Source: Candidatus Aminicenantales bacterium (GTDB lineage: Bacteria > Acidobacteriota > Aminicenantia > Aminicenantales > Saccharicenantaceae). From it: a DNA stretch of 64,000 bases. The stretch is taken from the NCBI GenBank assembly GCA_049512315.1, contig JBEKXF010000005.1, positions 1-64,000 on the forward strand. Reading direction: 5' to 3'. Position 1 is the first letter of the stretch, and every line of letters starts with the position of its first letter. The translations under genes were made by a program, and so were the position numbers. The notes below the pieces were generated by a model. The model was not told the DNA's origin. It did not search any database and worked only from the letters and a program-made list of their open reading frames with translations. Shown here piece by piece: positions 48,321-57,291 of this stretch.

Positions 48321-49484
48321 CTATTTCACGGAAAATTTGTGCACTGTGAGGGTTGTGTACTTTTCCCCGGGTTTAAGGATCGTCGAAGGGAAGTTCGGGT
48401 GGTTCGGCGAATCGGGGAAGTGCTGCGTCTCGAGGCAGAAGCCGAAGTGCTTTTGGTAGGCAACGCCGCCCTTGCCCTTGACCGTCCCGTCGAGGAAATT
48501 TCCGGAGTAGAGCTGGATGCCCGGCTGGTCCGTGGAGATCTCGAGGACCCTGCCGCTCGCGGGCTCGTAGACCCTGGCCGCGAGAGCCATCTTCCCACCG
48601 CCGCTCCTGAGGACGAAGTTGTGGTCGTAGCCGCCCTCGACCTGGGCGATCCGCTCGCCGATCGCGTGCGGCGATGTGAAATCGAAGGGCGTCCCTTTCA
48701 CCCCCAGGATCCGTCCCGTCGGGATGAGGTTGGCCGCGGAATCGACCGCCGTGAGGGCGTCGGTTTCGAGCTCGAGTTCGTGACCAAGAATGTCGCCCTG
48801 GCCCTGGCCGGCCAGGTTCCAGTAGGCGTGGTTCGTCAGGTTGACGGGCGTCGCCTTGTCCGTCGTCGCCTCATAGCTGATCCTGAGTTCGTCGGTGTCG
48901 GTCAGCGTGTAGACGACCGTGACGGCCAGGTTCCCGGGATAACCCTCCTCCATGTCCTTGCTGACGTAAGTAAGCTTGACGCCGACGGCGCCCGCGTCCC
49001 GGACGGGCTCGCCCTTCCAGACGACCTTGTCGAATCCCTTGAGGCCGCCGTGAAGGCTGTTGCCGTTGTTGTTCTGGGCCAGGGCGTAGGTCACGCCGTT
49101 GAGGGTGAACCGGCCCTTGGCAACGCGATTTGCGTATCGCCCGACAATGGCCCCGAAGTAGGGATGCGCGCCGAGATAACCGGCGAGATCATCGAAGCCG
49201 AGGACCACGTCCTCCAACTTCCCCTTCCGGTCGGGAAGCCGGAGCGAGACGAGGATCGCGCCGTAGGTCATGATCCGGGCCTCGATGCCGTGTGCATTCG
49301 TCAGGGTGTAGATGTCGACCGCGGTGCCGTCGGGAAGCCGTCCGAACGGTTCGTGTTTCACGGGCATGCTGGTTTCTCCTTTCGTCGGGGCGGCCGCCGC
49401 CCGGGTTTTGTCTCCGTTCTGGCACGCGGACGCCGCCATGCCGACGGCAACGCAGAGGATGACGGCCAGAAATTTCTTGTCCAT
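48321..49484 (-). CDS. galM: Aldose 1-epimerase (mutarotase) with lipoprotein signal
   Basis: GRYANR, LHGG, NLTNHAYWNL, YDHN, QLYSGN, CLETQ; N-terminal lipobox AASAC. Confidence 0.9.
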   Translation of the reverse strand: MDKKFLAVILCVAVGMAASACQNGDKTRAAAAPTKGETSMPVKHEPFGRLPDGTAVDIYTLTNAHGIEARIMTYGAILVSLRLPDRKGKLEDVVLGFDDLAGYLGAHPYFGAIVGRYANRVAKGRFTLNGVTYALAQNNNGNSLHGGLKGFDKVVWKGEPVRDAGAVGVKLTYVSKDMEEGYPGNLAVTVVYTLTDTDELRISYEATTDKATPVNLTNHAYWNLAGQGQGDILGHELELETDALTAVDSAANLIPTGRILGVKGTPFDFTSPHAIGERIAQVEGGYDHNFVLRSGGGKMALAARVYEPASGRVLEISTDQPGIQLYSGNFLDGTVKGKGGVAYQKHFGFCLETQHFPDSPNHPNFPSTILKPGEKYTTLTVHKFSVK

Positions 49485-49498
49485 TCGCCCTCCTTCGC

Positions 49499-51553
49499 TC
49501 ATTTTTTAATGTTCTCGATCTTCTTCCGGATCTCCGGCTGGTCGGGAAGGAGCTGGAGCGATCTTTCGAACGCGGCCCGGGCCTCCGGGAGCTTCTCCAG
49601 GCCGAGGTAAGATTCGCCGATGGCGTTGAGCAGCGACGCGTTGAGGCCGTAACGGGAAACCGCCTTGTCCAGGACTTCGACGGCCTTGGCAAAAGCCCCC
49701 GATTTCCTGTAAGCCTCTCCCGCCAGGACGAAGATCTCGTACGGGGCGGCCTGGGCCTGGCTGAGAAAGGGTTCCAGGACCCCGATGGCCTTTCGGTCAT
49801 CCCCGAGAGCCACGTAGACCTGGGCCAGGTTCCGGGCGGCCTCCGCGGAGTCCGGCTGGCGCTCGTAGGCGCTTTCGAGATAGCCCCGGGCTTCCGAAGG
49901 CCGACCCAGGTTGAAAAGCTGGGCTCCGATGATCTGGGAATAGACGGGGTCGCCCGGGGCCGGCAGGATCCGCGACGAGAACCAGGGCCGGGCCAGGGCC
50001 TCGGCGAATGTCACGTCGAACTCCTCCCGCGCCCTGACGACCTCGACTCCTTCGTTGAGCAAGGAGATCCGGACCTCATAGTGGGCGGGCGGAAAATCGG
50101 CCAGGGCGATCTCCTCGAGAGCGTTGGGGAGGTCCGGGTATTCCCGGGTCTTCCTCACGATCTCCCGGAAGGGTCGCCCGTCTTTCAGGAAGGTCAGTCT
50201 GATCCGGCCGTTCCGGGCCAGGTCGGCCGGGAGGTCGTTGACCTGGAAGGCGACGGCGAGGGTGTCCTTCTTCGTGAAGACCCGGCCCGGCTGGCAATAG
50301 ACCTGGTAAGGTCCGATCCTGAACGCCTTGACCTTTCTCTCCTCCGGCGCGAGGCGGACAACCTTGTAGCCCAGGACGGGCTGGCTCATCTCGACGGCCG
50401 GCCCCTTTGGGGGGACGCGGACGGCCTGCTCGACGGACATGAATTCCTTGGAGGCCTCGTTCTTGATCAGGATGGACACCTTGTAGTCCCCGGGGATGAG
50501 GGGGAAGATGTCGTGGTAATCGAAGGGCCCGCGGGAAAGCTCGTTCATCTGCGCTTCGGGGATGTCGAGGGAGACGGTCTTGTCGTATTGGTACACGAGG
50601 CGGCCGTCGAGGGTCGTGACCCGTCCGGCGACCTTTAGGGTGGTATAAAACTTGTGTTCATACTGGTCGACCGACAGCCGCTGGGGCTCGACCGCGCAAT
50701 GCACGAAATAGGGCCCCGCCGGCTCCTTGAACACCTTGAACAGGCTGTCGCTTTCGAGGTAGTTGGCCGAGTACTCGACCTCGACGAGGTCCTTGTATTC
50801 GAGGAACTTGCGGGCGTATTTCTCCTGGACGGTCCGCGACGGCAGCGTTTCGATCCGCTGGATCAGGATGTCCGAAGATATGGATGGCCGTCCGACGGTC
50901 CCGGTGTCTTCGCCGGGGATGAGCGCCAGGGAGATGGGAGCCAAGGTCGGCTCGATGTCCTCGAGGGCCTGGGCGGCCTTGAGGTAGTCCCTCGGGTCAT
51001 CGTGATAGCTGGACAGGAGGGCCTGCGGACCGTCATGGAGCGGGCTGTAGAGCTTATAGGCGCCCAGTCCGTGGTCCTTGAAGAACAGCAGGTAGAAACC
51101 GGGCGGGAGCCCCCCTTCGGTTTTCCCTTGATAAAACCATGTCTCGCAGTCATAGAGTCCGGATTTCCCGGTGAACTTTTGGATATCCTGGGGCTCGCCG
51201 AGAAGGATGTACATGCGGCCCCGGTCGGTCTTCCAGCCCGGGGCCGGCGCCTCCCGGCCCAGGTACTGGTTGGCGTAGCTGATCCGGCGGTAATGTTCCG
51301 TCTTGAATTCATTCTCGGTCGAGTCCGGGGTCGGGTCGCGGTGCTTCCAGAAAGCCTCGAGGAAAAGGTCCCGCTCCCGGTCCGTCCGGAGCTTCAGGAA
51401 GACGTCCCTCTCCGTCGGGGTGACGATATAAACGACCTCCTCGTCGAGCCACTTTTGATAGCGCTCGGGGAGCTTCGGCGTGTCGGCCGGGGCGGCGGAC
51501 AAGGCAACGGCCAGGCTGACAAGGAAGGCCGGGACCCATGCTTTTTTTCTCAA
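49499..51553 (-). CDS. GWxTD-domain protein with C-terminal TPR repeats
   Basis: WLDEEVVYI, FWKHRDPTP..NEFK.EHYRR, PGWKTDRGRMYILLG.P; TPR-like C-terminus. Confidence 0.88.
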   Translation of the reverse strand: MRKKAWVPAFLVSLAVALSAAPADTPKLPERYQKWLDEEVVYIVTPTERDVFLKLRTDRERDLFLEAFWKHRDPTPDSTENEFKTEHYRRISYANQYLGREAPAPGWKTDRGRMYILLGEPQDIQKFTGKSGLYDCETWFYQGKTEGGLPPGFYLLFFKDHGLGAYKLYSPLHDGPQALLSSYHDDPRDYLKAAQALEDIEPTLAPISLALIPGEDTGTVGRPSISSDILIQRIETLPSRTVQEKYARKFLEYKDLVEVEYSANYLESDSLFKVFKEPAGPYFVHCAVEPQRLSVDQYEHKFYTTLKVAGRVTTLDGRLVYQYDKTVSLDIPEAQMNELSRGPFDYHDIFPLIPGDYKVSILIKNEASKEFMSVEQAVRVPPKGPAVEMSQPVLGYKVVRLAPEERKVKAFRIGPYQVYCQPGRVFTKKDTLAVAFQVNDLPADLARNGRIRLTFLKDGRPFREIVRKTREYPDLPNALEEIALADFPPAHYEVRISLLNEGVEVVRAREEFDVTFAEALARPWFSSRILPAPGDPVYSQIIGAQLFNLGRPSEARGYLESAYERQPDSAEAARNLAQVYVALGDDRKAIGVLEPFLSQAQAAPYEIFVLAGEAYRKSGAFAKAVEVLDKAVSRYGLNASLLNAIGESYLGLEKLPEARAAFERSLQLLPDQPEIRKKIENIKK

Positions 51554-51566
51554 GGGAGCCGCCGCC

Positions 51567-52334
51567 CTACCTCCACCCCGTCCTGAGGCGGGTGAGCTCG
51601 GCGCCGGTCCCGGCGTTCACGATCTGGTGGAGGAAAACGGGACCGGGAGAATCGCCGGTCCCGGACGGGGCGGGCGCGGGAGCCGCGGCAACCCGGGACA
51701 GGACCGTGTCTCCGTAGAGGGCCTCGGCCCGGTAGGAGACCTCGAGGTCGACCGGCCGGCGTCGGGTCAGGACGTCTTCGGGGGTGGCCTCGAGCGCCCA
51801 CTGGACGTAAATGGCGTTGTTGACGTGCCTGTTGAGGTCCAGGTGGCCCGTCTCGACGCGGAAGGGGACTTCCCGCTCCGCCCCGGCGAGAACCGGCAGG
51901 GGCGCGAAGTCATCGGGGAGGGAACGCTTCTCGAGGAGAAAGTCCGAGGGCAGGATCTCCTCGATTTTCAGAGGCTGTTTGCGCCCGAGGTCGAGGACCA
52001 TCCAGGACGTCGTCGCCACGAGGACCGTGTCCCCGTTCCCGTCGGAAACCTCGAAATCCCTCAGGGCGAAAAAACCGTGCCGGCCCGACGGCCAGGTCAG
52101 GACCGCGACCCGCTCGCCCCAGGCGGGGTAGCGGCGGACGACGACGTGCGACCGGGACAGGACCCAGGTCATGTTCTTCTGCCAGAGGTCGGTGACCGAC
52201 CAGCCCAGAAGCGCGGCGTGGTCGCCGGCCGCGTCCTGGAGGAAGTTGAGGAGGGAGACGAGGCGGGCCTTCCCCTCGAGATCCGATTCATAGCTATGGA
52301 CCGCGAATTCCTTCCGATAAAGCAGGTCGGCCAT
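51567..52334 (-). CDS. Acyl-ACP thioesterase (FatA/B type)
   Basis: LQDAA..HA, WVLSR, TWP, RDF, LDLNRHVNN..Y..W..E. Confidence 0.88.
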   Translation of the reverse strand: MADLLYRKEFAVHSYESDLEGKARLVSLLNFLQDAAGDHAALLGWSVTDLWQKNMTWVLSRSHVVVRRYPAWGERVAVLTWPSGRHGFFALRDFEVSDGNGDTVLVATTSWMVLDLGRKQPLKIEEILPSDFLLEKRSLPDDFAPLPVLAGAEREVPFRVETGHLDLNRHVNNAIYVQWALEATPEDVLTRRRPVDLEVSYRAEALYGDTVLSRVAAAPAPAPSGTGDSPGPVFLHQIVNAGTGAELTRLRTGWR

Positions 52335-52351
52335 CGGCGGCGATCTTCGGG

Positions 52352-52906
52352 CTATTTTGTGATCGTCCAGGTGTATTGCGTCACGTCCGTGACGTCGATA
52401 GTGATCGTGGCCACGACCGTCGTGCTCGTCTTCGTCTCCGCCGTGAAAACGTGGCTGGCAAAAGTGATATAGGGGATGGTCTGCGTGATCTGGTCCCCGA
52501 TGTCCCCCAGGTAGGAAGCGTCCAAGTAGATGCGCAGAATCTCCCCGTATTGGTTGGTCACCCGCAGGGAGGCCGCTCCCCCGATGGTCACGGAGACGCC
52601 CGAGGTCGTGACGGTGAGCGTCCGGGAGTTGATCAAAACCCCGGTGTCTGATTTCTTGGCTTCGAGCAGGTGTGAGCCGATGGTTACGCTTTCGATGGTG
52701 TCACTCGACCCGGTCTCGATCGTAGCCCTCGACGTTCCGTCCAAGTACACGATGATGGTCGCCCCGCAGGAGTTGGTGACGGTGATCGTGCCCGTCGTGC
52801 TTGACGACGTGCTGCTCTTGCAGCTGACGGAAGACAGCCAGAGCAGCCCCGCCAGCGCGGCCATGAGGGCGGCCCCCGATCTTCCCGGTTTCTTCAGCCT
52901 TGCCAT
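52352..52906 (-). CDS. Thr/Ser-rich lipoprotein with two tandem PEGA-like beta domains
   Basis: Lipobox SVSC; repeats ITVTNSCG..IIVYLDG..GSH and LRVTNQYG..LRIYLD..ASH. Confidence 0.7.
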   Translation of the reverse strand: MARLKKPGRSGAALMAALAGLLWLSSVSCKSSTSSSTTGTITVTNSCGATIIVYLDGTSRATIETGSSDTIESVTIGSHLLEAKKSDTGVLINSRTLTVTTSGVSVTIGGAASLRVTNQYGEILRIYLDASYLGDIGDQITQTIPYITFASHVFTAETKTSTTVVATITIDVTDVTQYTWTITK

Positions 52907-53144
52907 ACGGATCTCACTTCTCCCGGGATCCCCGGCCTCCGACCTATCCGGTCAGGGCCATCGTCCCCGAAGTCCTAAATTAGCACATTCTCCAGAGGAC
53001 TACAACTCGATATTGGGCGGAAGCGTTTCCGCTGCCCCACCCCCCGCCCGCCTTCGGACCGGCAAATAATGCAACGCCGAGGCCGGGGAATATGTTAAAA
53101 TGGGTGGGTGTCGACTGGACCAGAGGCGGAGAGGTGAAACGGAC

Positions 53145-53744
53145 ATGAATCGAGAGAGCAGAGGCAAACGAAGCGGATTCCCCATTGGAGCGGTCGTCCT
53201 CCTGGCCCTTCTGGTTTCCGGGAGCTGCAAGTGGGGAACCCCCGACTATACCCTGAACGTCGTCCTCGAAGCTGGCGTCACGGGGACCCCCGAAGCCGGG
53301 AAGCATGCGTACAAAGAGCTGACGACGGTCACTCTTAACTATACGGCGGTCAACACCCTCGAGACCGTCGAGGTCTTTCTCAACGGTACGATCCGCAATA
53401 CGGGGACCGGCTCCGTCATCATGTACGGGGACGGCTATGAGCTGAAGGCCAACGTGATCGATATCCGCGCCTCCTACAAGATCGCCCTGACCTATACGGA
53501 TACGACCATCACCGCCCCGGACCCGTTCATCATCACGCTCACCGGACCGGACCGGCTGTCGGGCACGTTCACCGACGAGCGGGGATACCACGGGACATGG
53601 ACCGCGAGCTCGAACGCCCTCCTTCTCTCCTATTGGGATTGGAATTTCTACGTTTTGGCCGGGACGGTCTATAACATGGGGTACAGCTCGGGATCCTTCA
53701 CCGGGGGGGGGCAGAGCGGGACCTGGACGGCGGTCAAACAATAG
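53145..53744 (+). CDS. Hypothetical lipoprotein
   Basis: GAGGTG SD; lipobox VSGSC; beta-rich Thr/Gly/Tyr sequence. Confidence 0.7.
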   Translation: MNRESRGKRSGFPIGAVVLLALLVSGSCKWGTPDYTLNVVLEAGVTGTPEAGKHAYKELTTVTLNYTAVNTLETVEVFLNGTIRNTGTGSVIMYGDGYELKANVIDIRASYKIALTYTDTTITAPDPFIITLTGPDRLSGTFTDERGYHGTWTASSNALLLSYWDWNFYVLAGTVYNMGYSSGSFTGGGQSGTWTAVKQ

Positions 53745-53811
53745 CGCGCCCGTCCGCCCGAGCTGATTTTCCGATCCGCCGTCAGCTTCAGAAGAGGGGA
53801 GGATTCTCGTC

Positions 53812-55962
53812 TTAGATCCGGGTCTTGAGCGAGATCCCCGCCGTCCGCCCCGCCGCGGGAAATCCGTATCTCTCCTGGTAATGGGCATTCGTCAGGTTCC
53901 GGCCGAAGACCGAGATCTCCAGCCCGCGCGCGGCCGGCCAGCGGGCCTCGACATCCAGCCGGGCATAGGAGCCCTGGGTCCTCACCCGGAGGGCCGTGTT
54001 GTACAGCAGATTGTCGCTGTAAATGACCTTCTGGCTGGAGACGTACTGGATGAAGGCGGCGATGCTGAGGTTCGATCGCGTCTTGTATTGCAGTCCCACG
54101 TTGACCTTGGAGGCCGGAAGCCCGGGGACCTCGTTGAAGCCCTGGTCGCGGGGATCGATGAAGTTCGCCGTGAACTGGTCGCCTGCGGTCCGGCTCTTCT
54201 GGAAGGTGAAGTTGACGAACGCCGACCAGCCCCGGCCGAGCTGCTGGGCGGCCTCGAGCTCGACCCCGTAGATCGTCCCCCGGTCGATGTTGTAGGCGAT
54301 GAAGTTGATGAGGTCGAACTGGATGTAGTGGAGGATCCGGTAGTAATACGGGGCGATCTCGAAGCGCGTCCGGGACGTCAGGAACGTGCGCCAGCCGGCC
54401 TGGACCATGATCCCGTCCTCCGGGCGGAAGGGGATAGCCCGGGTGTCCACGCCGGCGTCGATGTCGTAATGCCAGAAATACTCGGGGACCGCCGGCATCC
54501 GGACCGCCCGGGCGACGCTCAGATAGGCGAGACTTTCCGGGCTTGGCGTGAAGGTGATCTTGAAGGAGGGTGCCAGGCCGCTCATGCGGACGTCGGGGAT
54601 CCCTTCGGCGATGCCCGAAGGCTCCGCGATCCCCTGCCAGGACATGTAGCGGACGCCCGGGGACAGGACGAAACGCCCCCCGGCGACGGCCAGGTCGGCC
54701 ATGGCGTAGGCTTCGATGTTCTTGACGCCGGTGTAATACCCCTGTGACGAGGCGCCGCGGAAGTCGTCGGACTCGACCCGCTCGCCGGCGTCATGGAGGA
54801 AGCTGTAATCGACGCCGGCCTGGATAAAGCTCTTCCCCAGGGCGTGCCTGTAGCTTCCGCCGTACCCCTGGGACCGGTCCTCATAGAAGAGCTTGTGGAA
54901 GATGCGGTCGAGCGCCGCCCTGGTGTTGTAGGATTCCCGGTCGCCGTGGTTCAGCCAGGCATAAGCGCTGAAGACGCCGGCCTCGCCCACGGCCTGCTCG
55001 TAGCCGGTCTCGAACATTCACTTCCGCTTTTTCCACCAGCTCCCGGGCTCGGGGTAGGCCCCCATCCCCCCGTACATGTACTCGCCGTCCGAGGCAGGAT
55101 AGCCCGTGTCTGAGGGGACCACATAGTCCGGGCTGTCCGGGTCCTGGGAGACGCGGTTCGGGACGACGAAGCCCTTGCGGATCGCGGCATAGCTGATGTC
55201 GGCCGTCAGGCGCCCCTTGAATGAGAAGTCATAGCCGAGGTGGAGGTCCGCGCTGCCGAATTTCATCGCTCCGTTCCTGAGGTAGCCGTTGCTCCGGTTC
55301 CCGCCCAGGGCCACGGAATATTCGAACGCGCCGGGCTTGTAGCCGTGGTAGAGATTGACGCCGGCCGTGGCGTAGCTTCCGCCCGAGACCTGGAGCTCGG
55401 TCAGGGGCCGTTCCGAGGGGAGCCGCCTGGGGACGAGGTTGATGATGCCCCCCAGGGCGTTCCCGTAGCGGACGTCGCCGACGCCTTTGATGACTTCGAC
55501 CCGGTCCACGTTCGTCAGGGGGATCATGGTCCAGTCGATGAAATAGCCGCCGGCCGCCCCGGGGGCATTGAGGGGGCGGCCGTTATCCATGACCTTGATC
55601 CGGCGCGAGCTCATGCCGCGGATCTTGATCGAATCATCGTCGATGGCCGTGCCCACCTCCTGGACCCGCTGGACGTCGATGCCCGGCTGCCGCTCCAGGG
55701 CCGTGTCCAGGGACGTCCCGATGGTCATCGGGAAGAGCTCGGGTTTGACGACGGTCATGTTGGGGACTTCCGCGTCGCGGGCCTTCTCGATGACGTCGAT
55801 GATGATCGCGTCGAGCTGGAAGAACTTCGTCTCTTCTTTGGCCTCGGCCTTCTGCCCTTTTTTCGCTTTCTCCTTGGCCTTTTCCTGCCCGGCCGTCTGG
55901 GCCGTCAACAAGCCGGCTGACAAGATGATCGCCAGAATGACCATGGGGATCCGACAGCGCAT
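53812..55962 (-). pseudogene. TonB-dependent receptor interrupted by an in-frame TGA at 55018-55020
   Basis: 5' part has a signal peptide and plug (IRG, NGRP, VDRVEVIKG..YG.ALGGIINL); 3' part has barrel motifs (GVELE, GRNLTN..Y, GR). Both are in the same frame, separated only by the stop. Confidence 0.75.
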
Positions 55963-55995
55963 CAGATTCTCCTATTGCCGTTCTTCCCTAGGCGC

Positions 55996-57207
55996 CTAGA
56001 TTTTGCGCAGCTTCTTGAGAAAGGCCGGGTCCACGTCACACCCGAGGCCCGGCGTCTCCGGCATGGTGATGGTCCCCGCTTTGACCGTGATCCCGTCCGT
56101 GACCGGGTCCACGGTATGCTCCGAGTTCCCGTCGAGGTCGGCGTAGATGATGTTCGCCTGGGACGCCACGACGTGGGCCGCCGCCGTCAAAGCCAGCTTG
56201 GATTCGACCATGCAGCCGACCATGCACCGGATGTTGGCGGCGTCGGCGATGTGGGCGATCCGGATCGCGTTCAGGATCCCGCCGGCTTTCATGAGCTTGA
56301 TGTTGAAGTAGTCGCAGGCCTCGGCCAGGATGAGCTTGAGGGCGTCGGCCGGGAGGAAGCAGGCTTCGTCGGCCATGACCGGGATCGGGCTCGCGGTCCT
56401 GACGGCTTTGAGGCCCGCGATGTCCGAGGCCGCCACCGGCTGCTCGATGAGCTGGATGCGGAACTTTTCCATTTTCCGGAGCGCGTAGATCGCCTGGGGG
56501 ACCGTCCAGCCCTGGTTGGCGTCGATCCGGAGGTTGATGCCGTAGCCGATGGCGCCGCGGATGGCCTGGATCCGGGCGACGTCCATGTCCGGGTCGAGCC
56601 CGACCTTGGCCTTGAGAGTCCGATATCCCGAGTCGGCGTACCCTTTTGTCTCCGCGGCCATGGCCTCGGGGGTATCGATCCCGGCCGTGACGTCCGTTTC
56701 GAACCGGGTCTTGTCTCCGCCCAGAAGCCTGAAGAGAGGCAGTCCGGCGACTTTGCCGAGGATATCATACAGGGCCATGTCATAGGCCGCCACGGCGCTC
56801 GGATCGGCGTGGACGATGGGGCCGATCTCCCGGACCAGGCCGTCGACAGCCAGCGGGTCCTTGCCGATGAGCATCTCGCGGATCGTCCGGGCGGCGGCGG
56901 CATTGGTCGCCTGGGTCTCCCCCGTGATCGGCGGGAAGGGGCAGGCCTCGCCGAGGCCGACGATGCCCTGGTCCGTGACGACCCGGACGAGGAGGTCGTT
57001 GGCCGCCTTCATCTCGCCGATCGAGATCCTGAACGGCGCGGCGAGGGGGAGGTCGAAGAGATAGATCTCAACGTCTCTGATCTTGAGCTTTTTCGCGGCG
57101 GCCCTGGACTCCTCGAGCTTTTGGGAGGCCGATCCGTAGGCCCCGGTCCCGGCAGCGATGGCACCGAGTCCGAACATCTTCAGGAATTGCTTGCGGGACA
57201 GGTTCAT
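55996..57207 (-). CDS. Enolase-superfamily dipeptide (L-Ala-D/L-Glu type) epimerase with Tat-like signal
   Basis: KAKVG, DANQG, EQP, ADE, NIKLMK, GCMVES, DLDG; N-terminal SRKQFLK. Confidence 0.85.
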   Translation of the reverse strand: MNLSRKQFLKMFGLGAIAAGTGAYGSASQKLEESRAAAKKLKIRDVEIYLFDLPLAAPFRISIGEMKAANDLLVRVVTDQGIVGLGEACPFPPITGETQATNAAAARTIREMLIGKDPLAVDGLVREIGPIVHADPSAVAAYDMALYDILGKVAGLPLFRLLGGDKTRFETDVTAGIDTPEAMAAETKGYADSGYRTLKAKVGLDPDMDVARIQAIRGAIGYGINLRIDANQGWTVPQAIYALRKMEKFRIQLIEQPVAASDIAGLKAVRTASPIPVMADEACFLPADALKLILAEACDYFNIKLMKAGGILNAIRIAHIADAANIRCMVGCMVESKLALTAAAHVVASQANIIYADLDGNSEHTVDPVTDGITVKAGTITMPETPGLGCDVDPAFLKKLRKI

Positions 57208-57291
57208 GGTCCCTCCTTTCTCGATCGCCCGGAAGGTTCCCTCATTCTAGCCGGGCCGTGGCATATTTTCAACCCTCTCGACCGCGCCCTG

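Noticed and set aside
55018..55020. Selenocysteine recoding of the TGA in the TonB receptor
   Set aside because: Not a redox or Cys context, only a weak downstream hairpin, and TGG to TGA is simpler.
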